A stretch of 15,240 nt of DNA, from assembly GCA_040752575.1 (NCBI GenBank), contig JBFMGK010000033.1, forward strand, positions 1-15,240. The letters run 5' to 3'. This stretch comes from Candidatus Bipolaricaulota bacterium. GTDB lineage: Bacteria; Bipolaricaulota; Bipolaricaulia; UBA7950; UBA9294. The translations under genes were made by a program, and so were the position numbers. Below, one piece after another: positions 1 through 7,342 of the stretch; position 1 is the first letter of the stretch; each line of letters begins with the position of its first letter. Below the pieces are notes generated by a model that was not told the origin of the DNA, did not search any database, and saw nothing but the letters and a program-made list of their open reading frames with translations.

Positions 1-2
1 CG

Positions 3-680
3 ATCATTGGGGCTGCGACGACGCTGCTTGGCAGCCAAGGCCGGCTTCAGGGGAACGAGCACGGCGAACTCGTCGGCGCCATATGCGATGAGGCCCGGCG
101 GATGGATCGTCTGATCGCGAATATCCTCGACATGGCACGCGTCAGCTCGGGCGGGCTCGCACTGGCTCAGGACTGGGTGCCTCTTGAGGAGGTCGTCGGC
201 GCGGCGCTGGAGCACCTTGACGCCAAGCTTGCCGGGCGCGAGGTTCGTCTCGACCTGCCGGCTGACCTGCCCTTCGCCTGGATCGACAGCGTTCTGTTCG
301 AGCATCTCCTAGTCAATCTCGTTGAGAACGCAGTAGATCATGCAGGTGGGGCGGGCCCCATAGAGATCTCGGCGCGTGTCGCGGGCGAATCTCTCGAGGT
401 CCGCGTCGCCGATCACGGCGCCGGGCTCCCGGTCGCGAATCGCGAAGCGCTGTTCGAGAGGTTCACTCGAGGCCCGCGGGCGCGAGGCGGCGGTGTCGGA
501 CTCGGACTGGCGATCTGTCGGGCCGTGGCGAGAGCCCACGGTGGGGATGTGGTTGCGGAGGATCGTCCGGGCGGCGGAGCGTTGTTCCGCGTCGTCGTCC
601 CGCTCTCCAGGGACGAAGCTGCCGAGGCGCCGGCCGGCCAAGCTGATCAGGGCGAATGGGCGGGAGGTGGATGTGGATAG
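3..680 (+). CDS. kdpD: Sensor histidine kinase, KdpD-like, C-terminal part (end of HisKA plus HATPase_c); 5' end lies outside the window
   Basis: The frame is open from base 3 (IIGAATTLL...GAICDEARRMDRLIANILDMARV), typical of the segment after the KdpD H-box. N box LLVNLVENA, G1 VADHGAG, F box LFERFTR and G2 GVGLGLAIC are present. The stop overlaps a KdpE-like regulator. Confidence 0.85.
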   Translation: MIGAATTLLGSQGRLQGNEHGELVGAICDEARRMDRLIANILDMARVSSGGLALAQDWVPLEEVVGAALEHLDAKLAGREVRLDLPADLPFAWIDSVLFEHLLVNLVENAVDHAGGAGPIEISARVAGESLEVRVADHGAGLPVANREALFERFTRGPRARGGGVGLGLAICRAVARAHGGDVVAEDRPGGGALFRVVVPLSRDEAAEAPAGQADQGEWAGGGCG

Positions 681-1374
681 CGCGACGCCGGCTCTCGTAC
701 TGGTCGTCGAGGATGATGCCCCTGTACGGCGCTTCTTGCGGACTGCGCTCGTTGCGCACGGGTATCGAGTGCTGGAAGCCGAGACGGCGGCGGGGGCGCT
801 GGCGGCGGTCACCACGGCCCAGCCGGATGTCGTCTTGCTCGATCTCGCACTCCCGGATCGCGACGGAATGGACGTCGCGCGGGAGATCCGCGAGTGGAGC
901 CGGGTTCCGATTCTGGTGATTTCGGCGCGCGGGCGAGAGGCCGACAAGGTGCGCGCGCTGGACGCCGGAGCGGACGACTATCTGACCAAGCCCTTCGGGA
1001 CCAACGAGTTGCTGGCGCGGATTCGGGTCGCCCTAAGGCACGCGGCCGCCGTCGGCTCGCCGCCCACGTCGCCGATCCTCGAGGTGGGATTCCTACGTAT
1101 CGATCAGGACACACGGGAAGTCACGGCCGATCGACGTTCCCTGCACCTCACGCCCATGGAGTACAGACTGCTTGTCGTGATGGCCAAGAACGCGGGACGC
1201 GTCTTGACGCACCACTTCATCCTCAAGGAAGTGTGGGGAGGTACGCAGTTGGCGGACCGTCACGCACTACGAATGCTCATGTTGCAGTTGCGGCGCAAAG
1301 TGGAACCGAATCCTGCGCGGCCGCAGCTGCTCACGACCGAACTGGGCGTCGGCTACCGGCTGCGGGAGCCCTAG
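673..1374 (+). CDS. kdpE: OmpR/PhoB-family response regulator, KdpE-like (233 aa)
   Basis: GGAGGT at 663-668 precedes GTG at 673, overlapping the kinase stop by 8 nt. Receiver motifs: VVEDD, LLDLALPD, ISAR, GADDYLTKPFG. Winged helix: LTPMEYRLL..GRVLTH..ILKEVWG..LRRKVEPNPARPQLLTTELGVGYRL. The ORF-track start at 376 is an in-frame extension inside kdpD. Confidence 0.9.
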   Translation: MDSATPALVLVVEDDAPVRRFLRTALVAHGYRVLEAETAAGALAAVTTAQPDVVLLDLALPDRDGMDVAREIREWSRVPILVISARGREADKVRALDAGADDYLTKPFGTNELLARIRVALRHAAAVGSPPTSPILEVGFLRIDQDTREVTADRRSLHLTPMEYRLLVVMAKNAGRVLTHHFILKEVWGGTQLADRHALRMLMLQLRRKVEPNPARPQLLTTELGVGYRLREP

Positions 1375-1404
1375 AGGAGCGTCGTCGGCGGGGATCGCTC
1401 GACC

Positions 1405-2919
1405 TCATCCACGTCGGCGTGCGAAAGCGCGCAGCATGACGAAGGCCGGGAGAAGTTCAATCCTCCCTAGCCACATGCAGATGGCGAGGACGAATTTGAC
1501 GATCAGCGGGAGTGAGGGCTGCGTCAGACCGGTGGACAGACCGGTCGTCGCCTGTGCCGACATCACCTCGAACATCACGTCGGAGAGCGAGAATCCCGCG
1601 GGAACGAACGGGAGAACGATCAGCACGGCGAGGACGTAGAGCGCTATCCAGAGAAGGACAAGCGTGGAGGCGGCAACGACGCGCTCCTCCACATCCCCGT
1701 GAGGGATCACCTCGCGCCCTACGCGGAGCGGGAAGACAGCGTGCGCGGACGAACCCATCTTGCGGATCCACCAACGGGTTCCCTGAACCACGAGGAGCAG
1801 GCGGATGACTTTGATGCCGCCAGCCGTCGAGCCGGCGGCTCCGCCGACGAACATCGCCCCCACGAGGAGGAGTTTGCTGAGGTCGGGCCAGGATCGGATA
1901 TCGGCTGACTGAAAGCCCGTCGTCGTGGACGCCGAGATGGCCTGGAAGATCGACAGGCGAGCCGAATCGAAGAGCGACAGGGCTGTCGTGTTGGCAAGAA
2001 ACAGCAGGGCGCACGAGATCCCAAAGGACGCGAACAGCCATCGCGTCGCCGCGTTGCCGACGAACTCCCGGAGCCTTCCGGTGAGGAGGAGGTAGTGCGC
2101 GGCGAAGTTCGTTGCTCCCGCGACCATGAGCACGCAGAGGATGACTTGCACTGCTGCAGGGCTACCCGACGTCAGGAGACGGGATGTGGAGGCGAAGCCG
2201 CCGGTTGACAGCGCCGTCATTGCGGCGTTGGATGCGTCCCAGAGCGAGAGGCCGGAGGCCCAGAGCGCTCCTGCGCCCACGGCCGTGTAGAGTGTGTAGA
2301 TCCAGCCTATCGACCGCACCGAGGCACGGATGGACGGCGACACTCTCTCATCGCGCTCCGTGTAGTAGAGGCTCCTCGCTGTCGGCGGAGCGAGCCCGGT
2401 GACCAACGTGAGCATGAACACCACAATCCCGAGGCCTCCGACCCACTGCAGAAAGGAACGCCACCACTGCAGGATGCGCGGCAGGTCCTCCGGTGACGTC
2501 ACCATGGTCAGTCCCGTGGTCGAGAGACCGGAGATCGACTCGAAGACCGCGTTCGCCGGGTCGCGAAGGGCCGCGGTCGACGAAGCGGAGGCCGCGTTCC
2601 GCGCGATGAGAACAAAGGGCAGCGCACCAACAAGCGAGATCACGAGGAAAGCCACGGCGCACGTGATGAGAGCTTCGCCCGTGCGGCTCTCCGGCGCACG
2701 GCGAAAAGGGATGTAGAGGCAGCCGCTGAGCGCGAAGGAGAGCCCTGCCGTGATCATCAGGGGGGTGACGGCGTCCTGCTCGCCCCACGCAAGCGCAACG
2801 GGAATGCTGATCAAAGCCATGATACCGACGGCCGGCGAGAGGATGCCTGCATTGCGGAGCACAACGCGCAGTACGCCGACCGGTCTTCGGCGCTGTAGGC
2901 CGAGCCCCAAGGCACTCAT
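1405..2919 (-). CDS. trkH: TrkH/TrkG-family potassium uptake membrane protein (~504 aa)
   Basis: Four pore-loop motifs (SGLSTTGLT, ALSTGGF, ASTTTGF, SAQATTGLS), plus LQWVGGLG, the gating loop GGAAGSTAGGIK, C-terminal GRIE and many hydrophobic helices. The start is ATG 2919 (directly after AAGGAGG) or TTG 2910 (9 nt after it). Confidence 0.93.
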   Translation of the reverse strand: MSALGLGLQRRRPVGVLRVVLRNAGILSPAVGIMALISIPVALAWGEQDAVTPLMITAGLSFALSGCLYIPFRRAPESRTGEALITCAVAFLVISLVGALPFVLIARNAASASSTAALRDPANAVFESISGLSTTGLTMVTSPEDLPRILQWWRSFLQWVGGLGIVVFMLTLVTGLAPPTARSLYYTERDERVSPSIRASVRSIGWIYTLYTAVGAGALWASGLSLWDASNAAMTALSTGGFASTSRLLTSGSPAAVQVILCVLMVAGATNFAAHYLLLTGRLREFVGNAATRWLFASFGISCALLFLANTTALSLFDSARLSIFQAISASTTTGFQSADIRSWPDLSKLLLVGAMFVGGAAGSTAGGIKVIRLLLVVQGTRWWIRKMGSSAHAVFPLRVGREVIPHGDVEERVVAASTLVLLWIALYVLAVLIVLPFVPAGFSLSDVMFEVMSAQATTGLSTGLTQPSLPLIVKFVLAICMWLGRIELLPAFVMLRAFARRRG

Positions 2920-2968
2920 CCTCCTTCGCCCCCCACGCACGGCGTGCCGGCCGAGAAGGAGATGTGTG
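2913..2968 (-). promoter_or_regulatory. Hairpin sequestering the trkH Shine-Dalgarno and start codon
   Basis: On the mRNA, CAC-A-CATC-TCCTTC (2968-2955) pairs with GAAGGA-G-GATG-A-GTG (2927-2913): 13 pairs, one bulge and one mismatch. An inner GCAC/GTGC stem is also present. Confidence 0.55.
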
Positions 2969-3008
2969 TCGGGCGGCTCGTAGGACTTCGTAAGCCCCTT
3001 CGGAACAT
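2916..3008 (-). CDS. Putative leaderless upstream ORF / leader peptide, 30 aa: MFRRGLRSPTSRPTHISFSAGTPCVGGEGG
   Basis: ATG at 3008 lies 7 nt after the -10-like TACTCT (3021-3016). The ORF has 31 codons, and its TGA (2918-2916) overlaps the trkH ATG (2919-2917) as ATGA. There is no homology evidence. Confidence 0.4.
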   Translation of the reverse strand: MFRRGLRSPTSRPTHISFSAGTPCVGGEGG

Positions 3009-3015
3009 GCCGGCC

Positions 3016-3091
3016 AGAGTACGCTGCCCGTTGTCAGGAAGCCGTCTGGCAAACGCTCTGCCGCATAAGATTCCCGTCAGGAAAGCTAAGG
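3016..3091 (-). promoter_or_regulatory. Putative activator-dependent trkH promoter with phased direct-repeat half-sites (candidate KdpE boxes)
   Basis: Minus-strand hexamers CCTTAG (3091-3086), CCTGAC (3081-3076), TCTTAT (3070-3065), CCAGAC (3049-3044) and CCTGAC (3038-3033) are spaced at multiples of 10-11 bp. The last (CTGACA) ends 10 bp before -10 TACTCT (3021-3016). No -35 hexamer occurs at 17-bp spacing. Confidence 0.55.
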
Positions 3092-3108
3092 GTCTCTCGG
3101 GTGTGCCC

Positions 3109-4014
3109 TCAGAGGGCCGTCAGCCGCACGACGCCGACCTCGGGGCGGGCGAGGAACCGAACCGGCAGCGTGATGGTGCCCAACCCGCGGGAGATCACGA
3201 CGGGCAGTCCGTCGACGTCGACCGGGCTGCGCGCGAAGCGCAGGCCGAAGTACGAGGGCACCCAGACGGCCCCGATCCACGGAACGTAGACCTGTCCGCC
3301 GTGCGTGTGGCCGCAGAGCGCCAGGCCGAGATCGCGTCCGCGGGCGAGTTCCAGCATGTCGGGGTTGTGGACGAGCAAGAGGCGGGCCTCGCCGTCGGGG
3401 ACTTCGGCGAGCAGCGCGTCGAGCGCGGCGATCTCCTTGGCCGCCGCGCGCCCGAACGCCTCCCAGTTTCCCTCGCCGAACCCGGGATCGTCGAGCCCGA
3501 CGATCGAAATCTGCTCGTCGCCGCGAGAGATCGTCAGCCGCTCGTTGCGCAGCACGCGAACCCCCGCCACTCCGAGTTCCGCCTCGATCCGGCCGCTGCC
3601 AGCCGCCATGTCGTGATTCCCGAGAACCGCGACGACGCCGTGCGGGGCGTCGAGCGCGTCGAGGCGCGCGATGATTTCGAAGCCGGCGCCGCGGAATCCC
3701 GAGACGAAGTCGCCCGTGATCGCGATGAGGTCGGGCTGAATCGACGCGGCGACGGCGATCGCCTGCTCGAGGTTCTGTGCGCCGGGGCGGCTGTCGAGGT
3801 GTAGGTCCGACAGGTGAAGGACCGTGAAGCCTTCGAACGAAGCCGGAAGACCGCGCACGGCGACGAGCGTCTCGCGAACCTCGACCCAGGTGGGCTCGAC
3901 GAGGAACGCATACGCGGCCAGAGCGAGCGCGACAACGCCGAGGGTCGCGAGAGCCCGGCGGCGATGGGATCGGCGCGACCCGGGCGGCGACGCCTTGTCT
4001 CGATCTGCGAGCAT
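3109..4014 (-). CDS. Calcineurin-like metallophosphoesterase, YkuE/YaeI type, with an N-terminal hydrophobic helix (301 aa)
   Basis: All five MPP motifs are present: SDLH, TGDF, GNHD, HNPD, GHTHGGQ. It also has C-terminal SRGLG..PVRFLARPE and N-terminal RRR + hydrophobic stretch + EP. Confidence 0.92.
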   Translation of the reverse strand: MLADRDKASPPGSRRSHRRRALATLGVVALALAAYAFLVEPTWVEVRETLVAVRGLPASFEGFTVLHLSDLHLDSRPGAQNLEQAIAVAASIQPDLIAITGDFVSGFRGAGFEIIARLDALDAPHGVVAVLGNHDMAAGSGRIEAELGVAGVRVLRNERLTISRGDEQISIVGLDDPGFGEGNWEAFGRAAAKEIAALDALLAEVPDGEARLLLVHNPDMLELARGRDLGLALCGHTHGGQVYVPWIGAVWVPSYFGLRFARSPVDVDGLPVVISRGLGTITLPVRFLARPEVGVVRLTAL

Positions 4015-4025
4015 GCGAGATCCTA
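4015..4025 (-). promoter_or_regulatory. Possible -10 element for leaderless expression of the phosphoesterase
   Basis: TAGGAT (4025-4020) lies 5 nt before ATG 4014, and no Shine-Dalgarno is visible. Confidence 0.4.
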
Positions 4026-4045
4026 CCGTGCTCCGGGCTCCTGCT

Positions 4046-4080
4046 GAAACGGACCACCGCCCTCGCGCCGAGGGCGGTGG
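4046..4080 (-). terminator. Likely intrinsic terminator of the CARDB operon
   Basis: Perfect 12-bp inverted repeat CCACCGCCCTCG (4054-4065) / CGAGGGCGGTGG (4069-4080), 24 nt after the stop at 4105. It is followed on - by TCCGTTT, a weak U tract. Confidence 0.7.
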
Positions 4081-4104
4081 CTCGCGGGGCTCTCTTGACG
4101 TCCG

Positions 4105-7100
4105 CTAGCGAATGCGGAACGCCGTCGTTCCGATGTTGTTGGACTCGTCGGTCTCCGCCACGACACCTTGGGCGTCGAGCGTGATCACCAGCTCCGCCAG
4201 ACCGCGTTCCAGTCCCGCCGTGGGGAACGTCGCGTCGACCCGGAAGTCGGTCGTCCCGGCGGCAAGTCCCTCGACGGGGACGACGATCTCGACTGTCGTT
4301 CCGTTTGCGTCTCGAATCCGGAACGAAACGCCGAACGGGCCGGCCGCCTCGACGCCGAGGTTGGACATGACCACCCACGTCGACGCGGTGTCGTTCGCGC
4401 TGGTCAAGACGTGCACGTGCTGTACGGCGAGGTCCACAGGGCCGCCCGACCCCGTGGACCCACCTGGATGGTCTCCCAAGGCAAATGGGAGCGTGCACGC
4501 GAGGTTGTCCGTCTCGTCGGATTCGGCGACGGCCCCGGCGCTGTCGAGAAGCACGCAGACCTCATAGACGCCTTCTGCGAGGGGCCGGCGTTCCGCCTCG
4601 CCCGCGACAAGCGGTGCAAGGAGCGGCAGCGCCAGCGTGGTCTCCATCCCCGCAGCGAGTCCTGGGACATCGGCCCCTGCGAAGTCGACCCACGGGGCCT
4701 CGGCGTCCTCGAAGAATGGACGCACGCGGGCCACGACGCGGAATGTGCCGGCCGATGTCCCGCCATCGTTGCGCACCGTGAACTGCACGGCCGCCACAAC
4801 CCCGGCCGGAACCGGAGGCGCTGGCAAGATGTGAATCGCCAGCGCCGGGTCTCCCGACAGCACGAACGCGAGATCGGGGCGCGGGAGGATCACGACGGGG
4901 ATCTCGAGCACGTTGTTCTGGATCGAGTGCTCGTCCACTTTGCCCGGGACGTCGACGAGCGACGCCTCGGCTCGCAGCACGTAGGTTCCCGGCTCCAGCG
5001 CAGACGTGTCCAACGTGCAGACGACGCGCTCGAACCCGTCGGCCGCCAGGCCCGGGACCAGGGCGCTCGTCACCAACTCCAGTTCGCAGCCCGACCCCAC
5101 GGCGCAGCCCGACGACGGGATCTCCCCGCCGTCCAACGGCGCGGCGAAGAAGCTCACGTCGAACTGCCCAGCCGCCTCATCTCCGAGATTCGAGAGGATG
5201 GCCGAGACCCGGGCATTCGTCCCCTGGACGATCGGCGATCCGGGTTCGATCTGCAGGTCGACGACCGCGAGGTCGGGACCGACGACGAACAGCGCTCCGC
5301 GAACGACGTTGTTGGTTTCGTTGGCCTCGGTGAGCCTCCCTGCGGGAGACCCTGCGTCGTAATCCAGCTCGATGTTCAACACGTAGGTTCCCGGAGCCAG
5401 ATTCTCGGTTTCCAGCCGTGCTTCGACGACCGTCTGCTGGCCGGCCGCCAACGCCGGCACGGCGACGACCGCCGAGCGGAAGCCGCTGACGCTGAACCCG
5501 GCCGGCGTGTCGCATGCGGCGGTGTTCAGACCCCCGAGTGGCGCCTCGGGCGTGAGGCAGTGCGAGAACCGTACCTGGAAAGGTCCGGAAGCCACGTCGC
5601 CCTCGTTGACCACGCAGAGGGACAGCGTCACGGAGCGACCGCGGCGTACGGCGTACGACGGATCGACGACCAGCACGCCGCAGGCGACGATGTCCGGAAG
5701 GCGGACGGCCTGCAGCGTAAACGCCGTGACCAACTCGTTGTTGCGTTCGTCCAGCTCGGCGATGCGGCCGATGTCGACGCATTCCGCAGAGTCGCATCCC
5801 GTCCGCGGGTCGACCACGACGCGGATCTCGTACACGCCGGGCGTCAGAGCGAGCGTCGGGAGGACACCGACAAACGGCTGAGCCTGTCCGGCCCTGAGCG
5901 TGGCACTTACACACTGGGCGTCGTCGGCGCAGGGGAACGGGATCCAGCGCATGGCGCCCTTGGAGCGATACGAGAACTGAACGTCGAACCCGGTTGCGGT
6001 GGCTCGCCCCGAGTTCAAGACGGTCGACGTGATCGTAACGGCGTCGGCGCGGCCCAGTTCGACCGGCGAAGCCGGGTACAGCACGAGACTGCGCGGCATG
6101 AGTTCCGGCAGCTCGGCGAGCGGCTCGACGATCGACAGGGAGCGGACGAGTTCGTTGTTGTCCTCGTCGGTCTCGTGAAGGAGGTCATACGGGTCGACGA
6201 CGACGTGGACGTCGTAAACGTCGGGGGCTTCCGAGAAGCCGAGGCGCGCGGCGTTGAGGACGGTCTCCGCGGTGGCCTCACCCAGATAGCCAATGGGACC
6301 GACGTTCACCACGTCGAGCTGCTTCCCGTCGACGTAGAACGCGACCTGTACAGCGTCTGCGGCACCCCGCCCGGCATTCTCGATCACCGCGGCCAGGGTG
6401 ACGTCCTCGTTGAGGCGGATGGGCGAGCGGTCGAACGTCAGGCTCTTCGGCCGCAGCTCGAGCGCCTGGACGGACAGGGTCCCGATGAGCGTGTTGTTCT
6501 GCTCGTCGCGCTCGGCGACCTCCTCGCCGCTGTCCACCAGGGCGCGAATCTCGTAGATGCCCGAGGCCAGCCCGCCGGTGCATGCCAGCGCGTCGACGGC
6601 CGCCTCCTCGTCACTGCCGCACAACGTGCCGCTCACGACGAGCGTTCCTCCTTTGGCGAGGCCGAACTGGGGGATCGTCGCGAAGGCGAGGCCGTTGCGT
6701 ACGAGAGTCACGCGGAACGGGCCCGCGGCCTCGTCGCCGGCATTCTCGACCTTGACCTCGACGGTCCACGGAGCGGTCTCGTCGGCCGGATCCGTCGGCG
6801 TGAAATCGATCTCCACCGGCTGAAGATCGGCAAGTCCGGCCGGGGACTCGACGAGCGTCAACACAACGATCAGTTCGTTGTTCAGCTCGTCGGTCTCGGG
6901 AATGGCATCGCCGAGATCGACGGCGGCCCGGATCTCGTACGTCCCGGGCTGCCAGTCCATCGTCTCGACGGCAAACGAGAGCGCCAGGTCGCGTCCGTCG
7001 GCCGGCGAAAGGTAGGCGGTCTTGATCGTTCCGGGCAGGCGCGTCCACGGCTGGCCGTCGGCCTGCGTGCGGACGTAGAGCCCGGTTTCGAAGTTCTCGG

Positions 7101-7290
7101 CCGTGCGCGTGCCCGTGTTCGACACGTGCGCGACCACATTCAACTGCGTCCCTCGTGTGACGAGGGACGGCGGGTCGAGGACGACCTCTCGGATCGCGAG
7201 CTCGGCGAGGTTGGCCGCGCCAAGGAGCACGCCTCCGAGGGAGAGGCCCAACAGCACCATCACGCCCAAAGCCACCGCTCTTCTGGACAT
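4105..7290 (-). CDS. Secreted protein of eight tandem CARDB-like (Ig-fold) domains (1061 aa)
   Basis: GAAGGAGG precedes ATG 7290, followed by signal peptide MSRRAVALGVMVLLGLSLGGVLLGA. Eight repeats of the pattern (P/A)(D/E)L..NxG..F.V..PGxY.I...VD..ExDExNN end in DELNN, DEQNN, DEDNN, DERNN, NETNN, SIQNN, DETDN and DESNN. Confidence 0.85.
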   Translation of the reverse strand: MSRRAVALGVMVLLGLSLGGVLLGAANLAELAIREVVLDPPSLVTRGTQLNVVAHVSNTGTRTAENFETGLYVRTQADGQPWTRLPGTIKTAYLSPADGRDLALSFAVETMDWQPGTYEIRAAVDLGDAIPETDELNNELIVVLTLVESPAGLADLQPVEIDFTPTDPADETAPWTVEVKVENAGDEAAGPFRVTLVRNGLAFATIPQFGLAKGGTLVVSGTLCGSDEEAAVDALACTGGLASGIYEIRALVDSGEEVAERDEQNNTLIGTLSVQALELRPKSLTFDRSPIRLNEDVTLAAVIENAGRGAADAVQVAFYVDGKQLDVVNVGPIGYLGEATAETVLNAARLGFSEAPDVYDVHVVVDPYDLLHETDEDNNELVRSLSIVEPLAELPELMPRSLVLYPASPVELGRADAVTITSTVLNSGRATATGFDVQFSYRSKGAMRWIPFPCADDAQCVSATLRAGQAQPFVGVLPTLALTPGVYEIRVVVDPRTGCDSAECVDIGRIAELDERNNELVTAFTLQAVRLPDIVACGVLVVDPSYAVRRGRSVTLSLCVVNEGDVASGPFQVRFSHCLTPEAPLGGLNTAACDTPAGFSVSGFRSAVVAVPALAAGQQTVVEARLETENLAPGTYVLNIELDYDAGSPAGRLTEANETNNVVRGALFVVGPDLAVVDLQIEPGSPIVQGTNARVSAILSNLGDEAAGQFDVSFFAAPLDGGEIPSSGCAVGSGCELELVTSALVPGLAADGFERVVCTLDTSALEPGTYVLRAEASLVDVPGKVDEHSIQNNVLEIPVVILPRPDLAFVLSGDPALAIHILPAPPVPAGVVAAVQFTVRNDGGTSAGTFRVVARVRPFFEDAEAPWVDFAGADVPGLAAGMETTLALPLLAPLVAGEAERRPLAEGVYEVCVLLDSAGAVAESDETDNLACTLPFALGDHPGGSTGSGGPVDLAVQHVHVLTSANDTASTWVVMSNLGVEAAGPFGVSFRIRDANGTTVEIVVPVEGLAAGTTDFRVDATFPTAGLERGLAELVITLDAQGVVAETDESNNIGTTAFRIR

Positions 7291-7342
7291 GCCCGTTCCT
7301 TCCTCCTTCGCCCCTGTGTCGTTGGGCGTGTACGCCGCGCGG

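Noticed and set aside
1375..1404. Bidirectional terminator between kdpE and trkH
   Set aside because: Only a short imperfect GAGCG/CGCTC stem and no U tract on either strand.
2916..3008. KdpF-like membrane peptide
   Set aside because: The length is similar, but it has no hydrophobic helix and no LxxPE(K/R)F-type ending.
3048..3096. c-di-GMP-I-like words GGCAAAC...AAAGCTAAGGGTCT on +
   Set aside because: There is no GNRA-capped P2 stem, no GACGC, and no credible plus-strand gene downstream.
2941..3100. c-di-AMP (ydaO) riboswitch upstream of trkH
   Set aside because: It would be plausible by context, but the fragments CCCGTCAG and TCGTAAGC are on the wrong strand and in the wrong order. The sense strand lacks the GCTGAATC / GGGGTGAATC / CAGCTAAC core. 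An Rfam scan would settle it.
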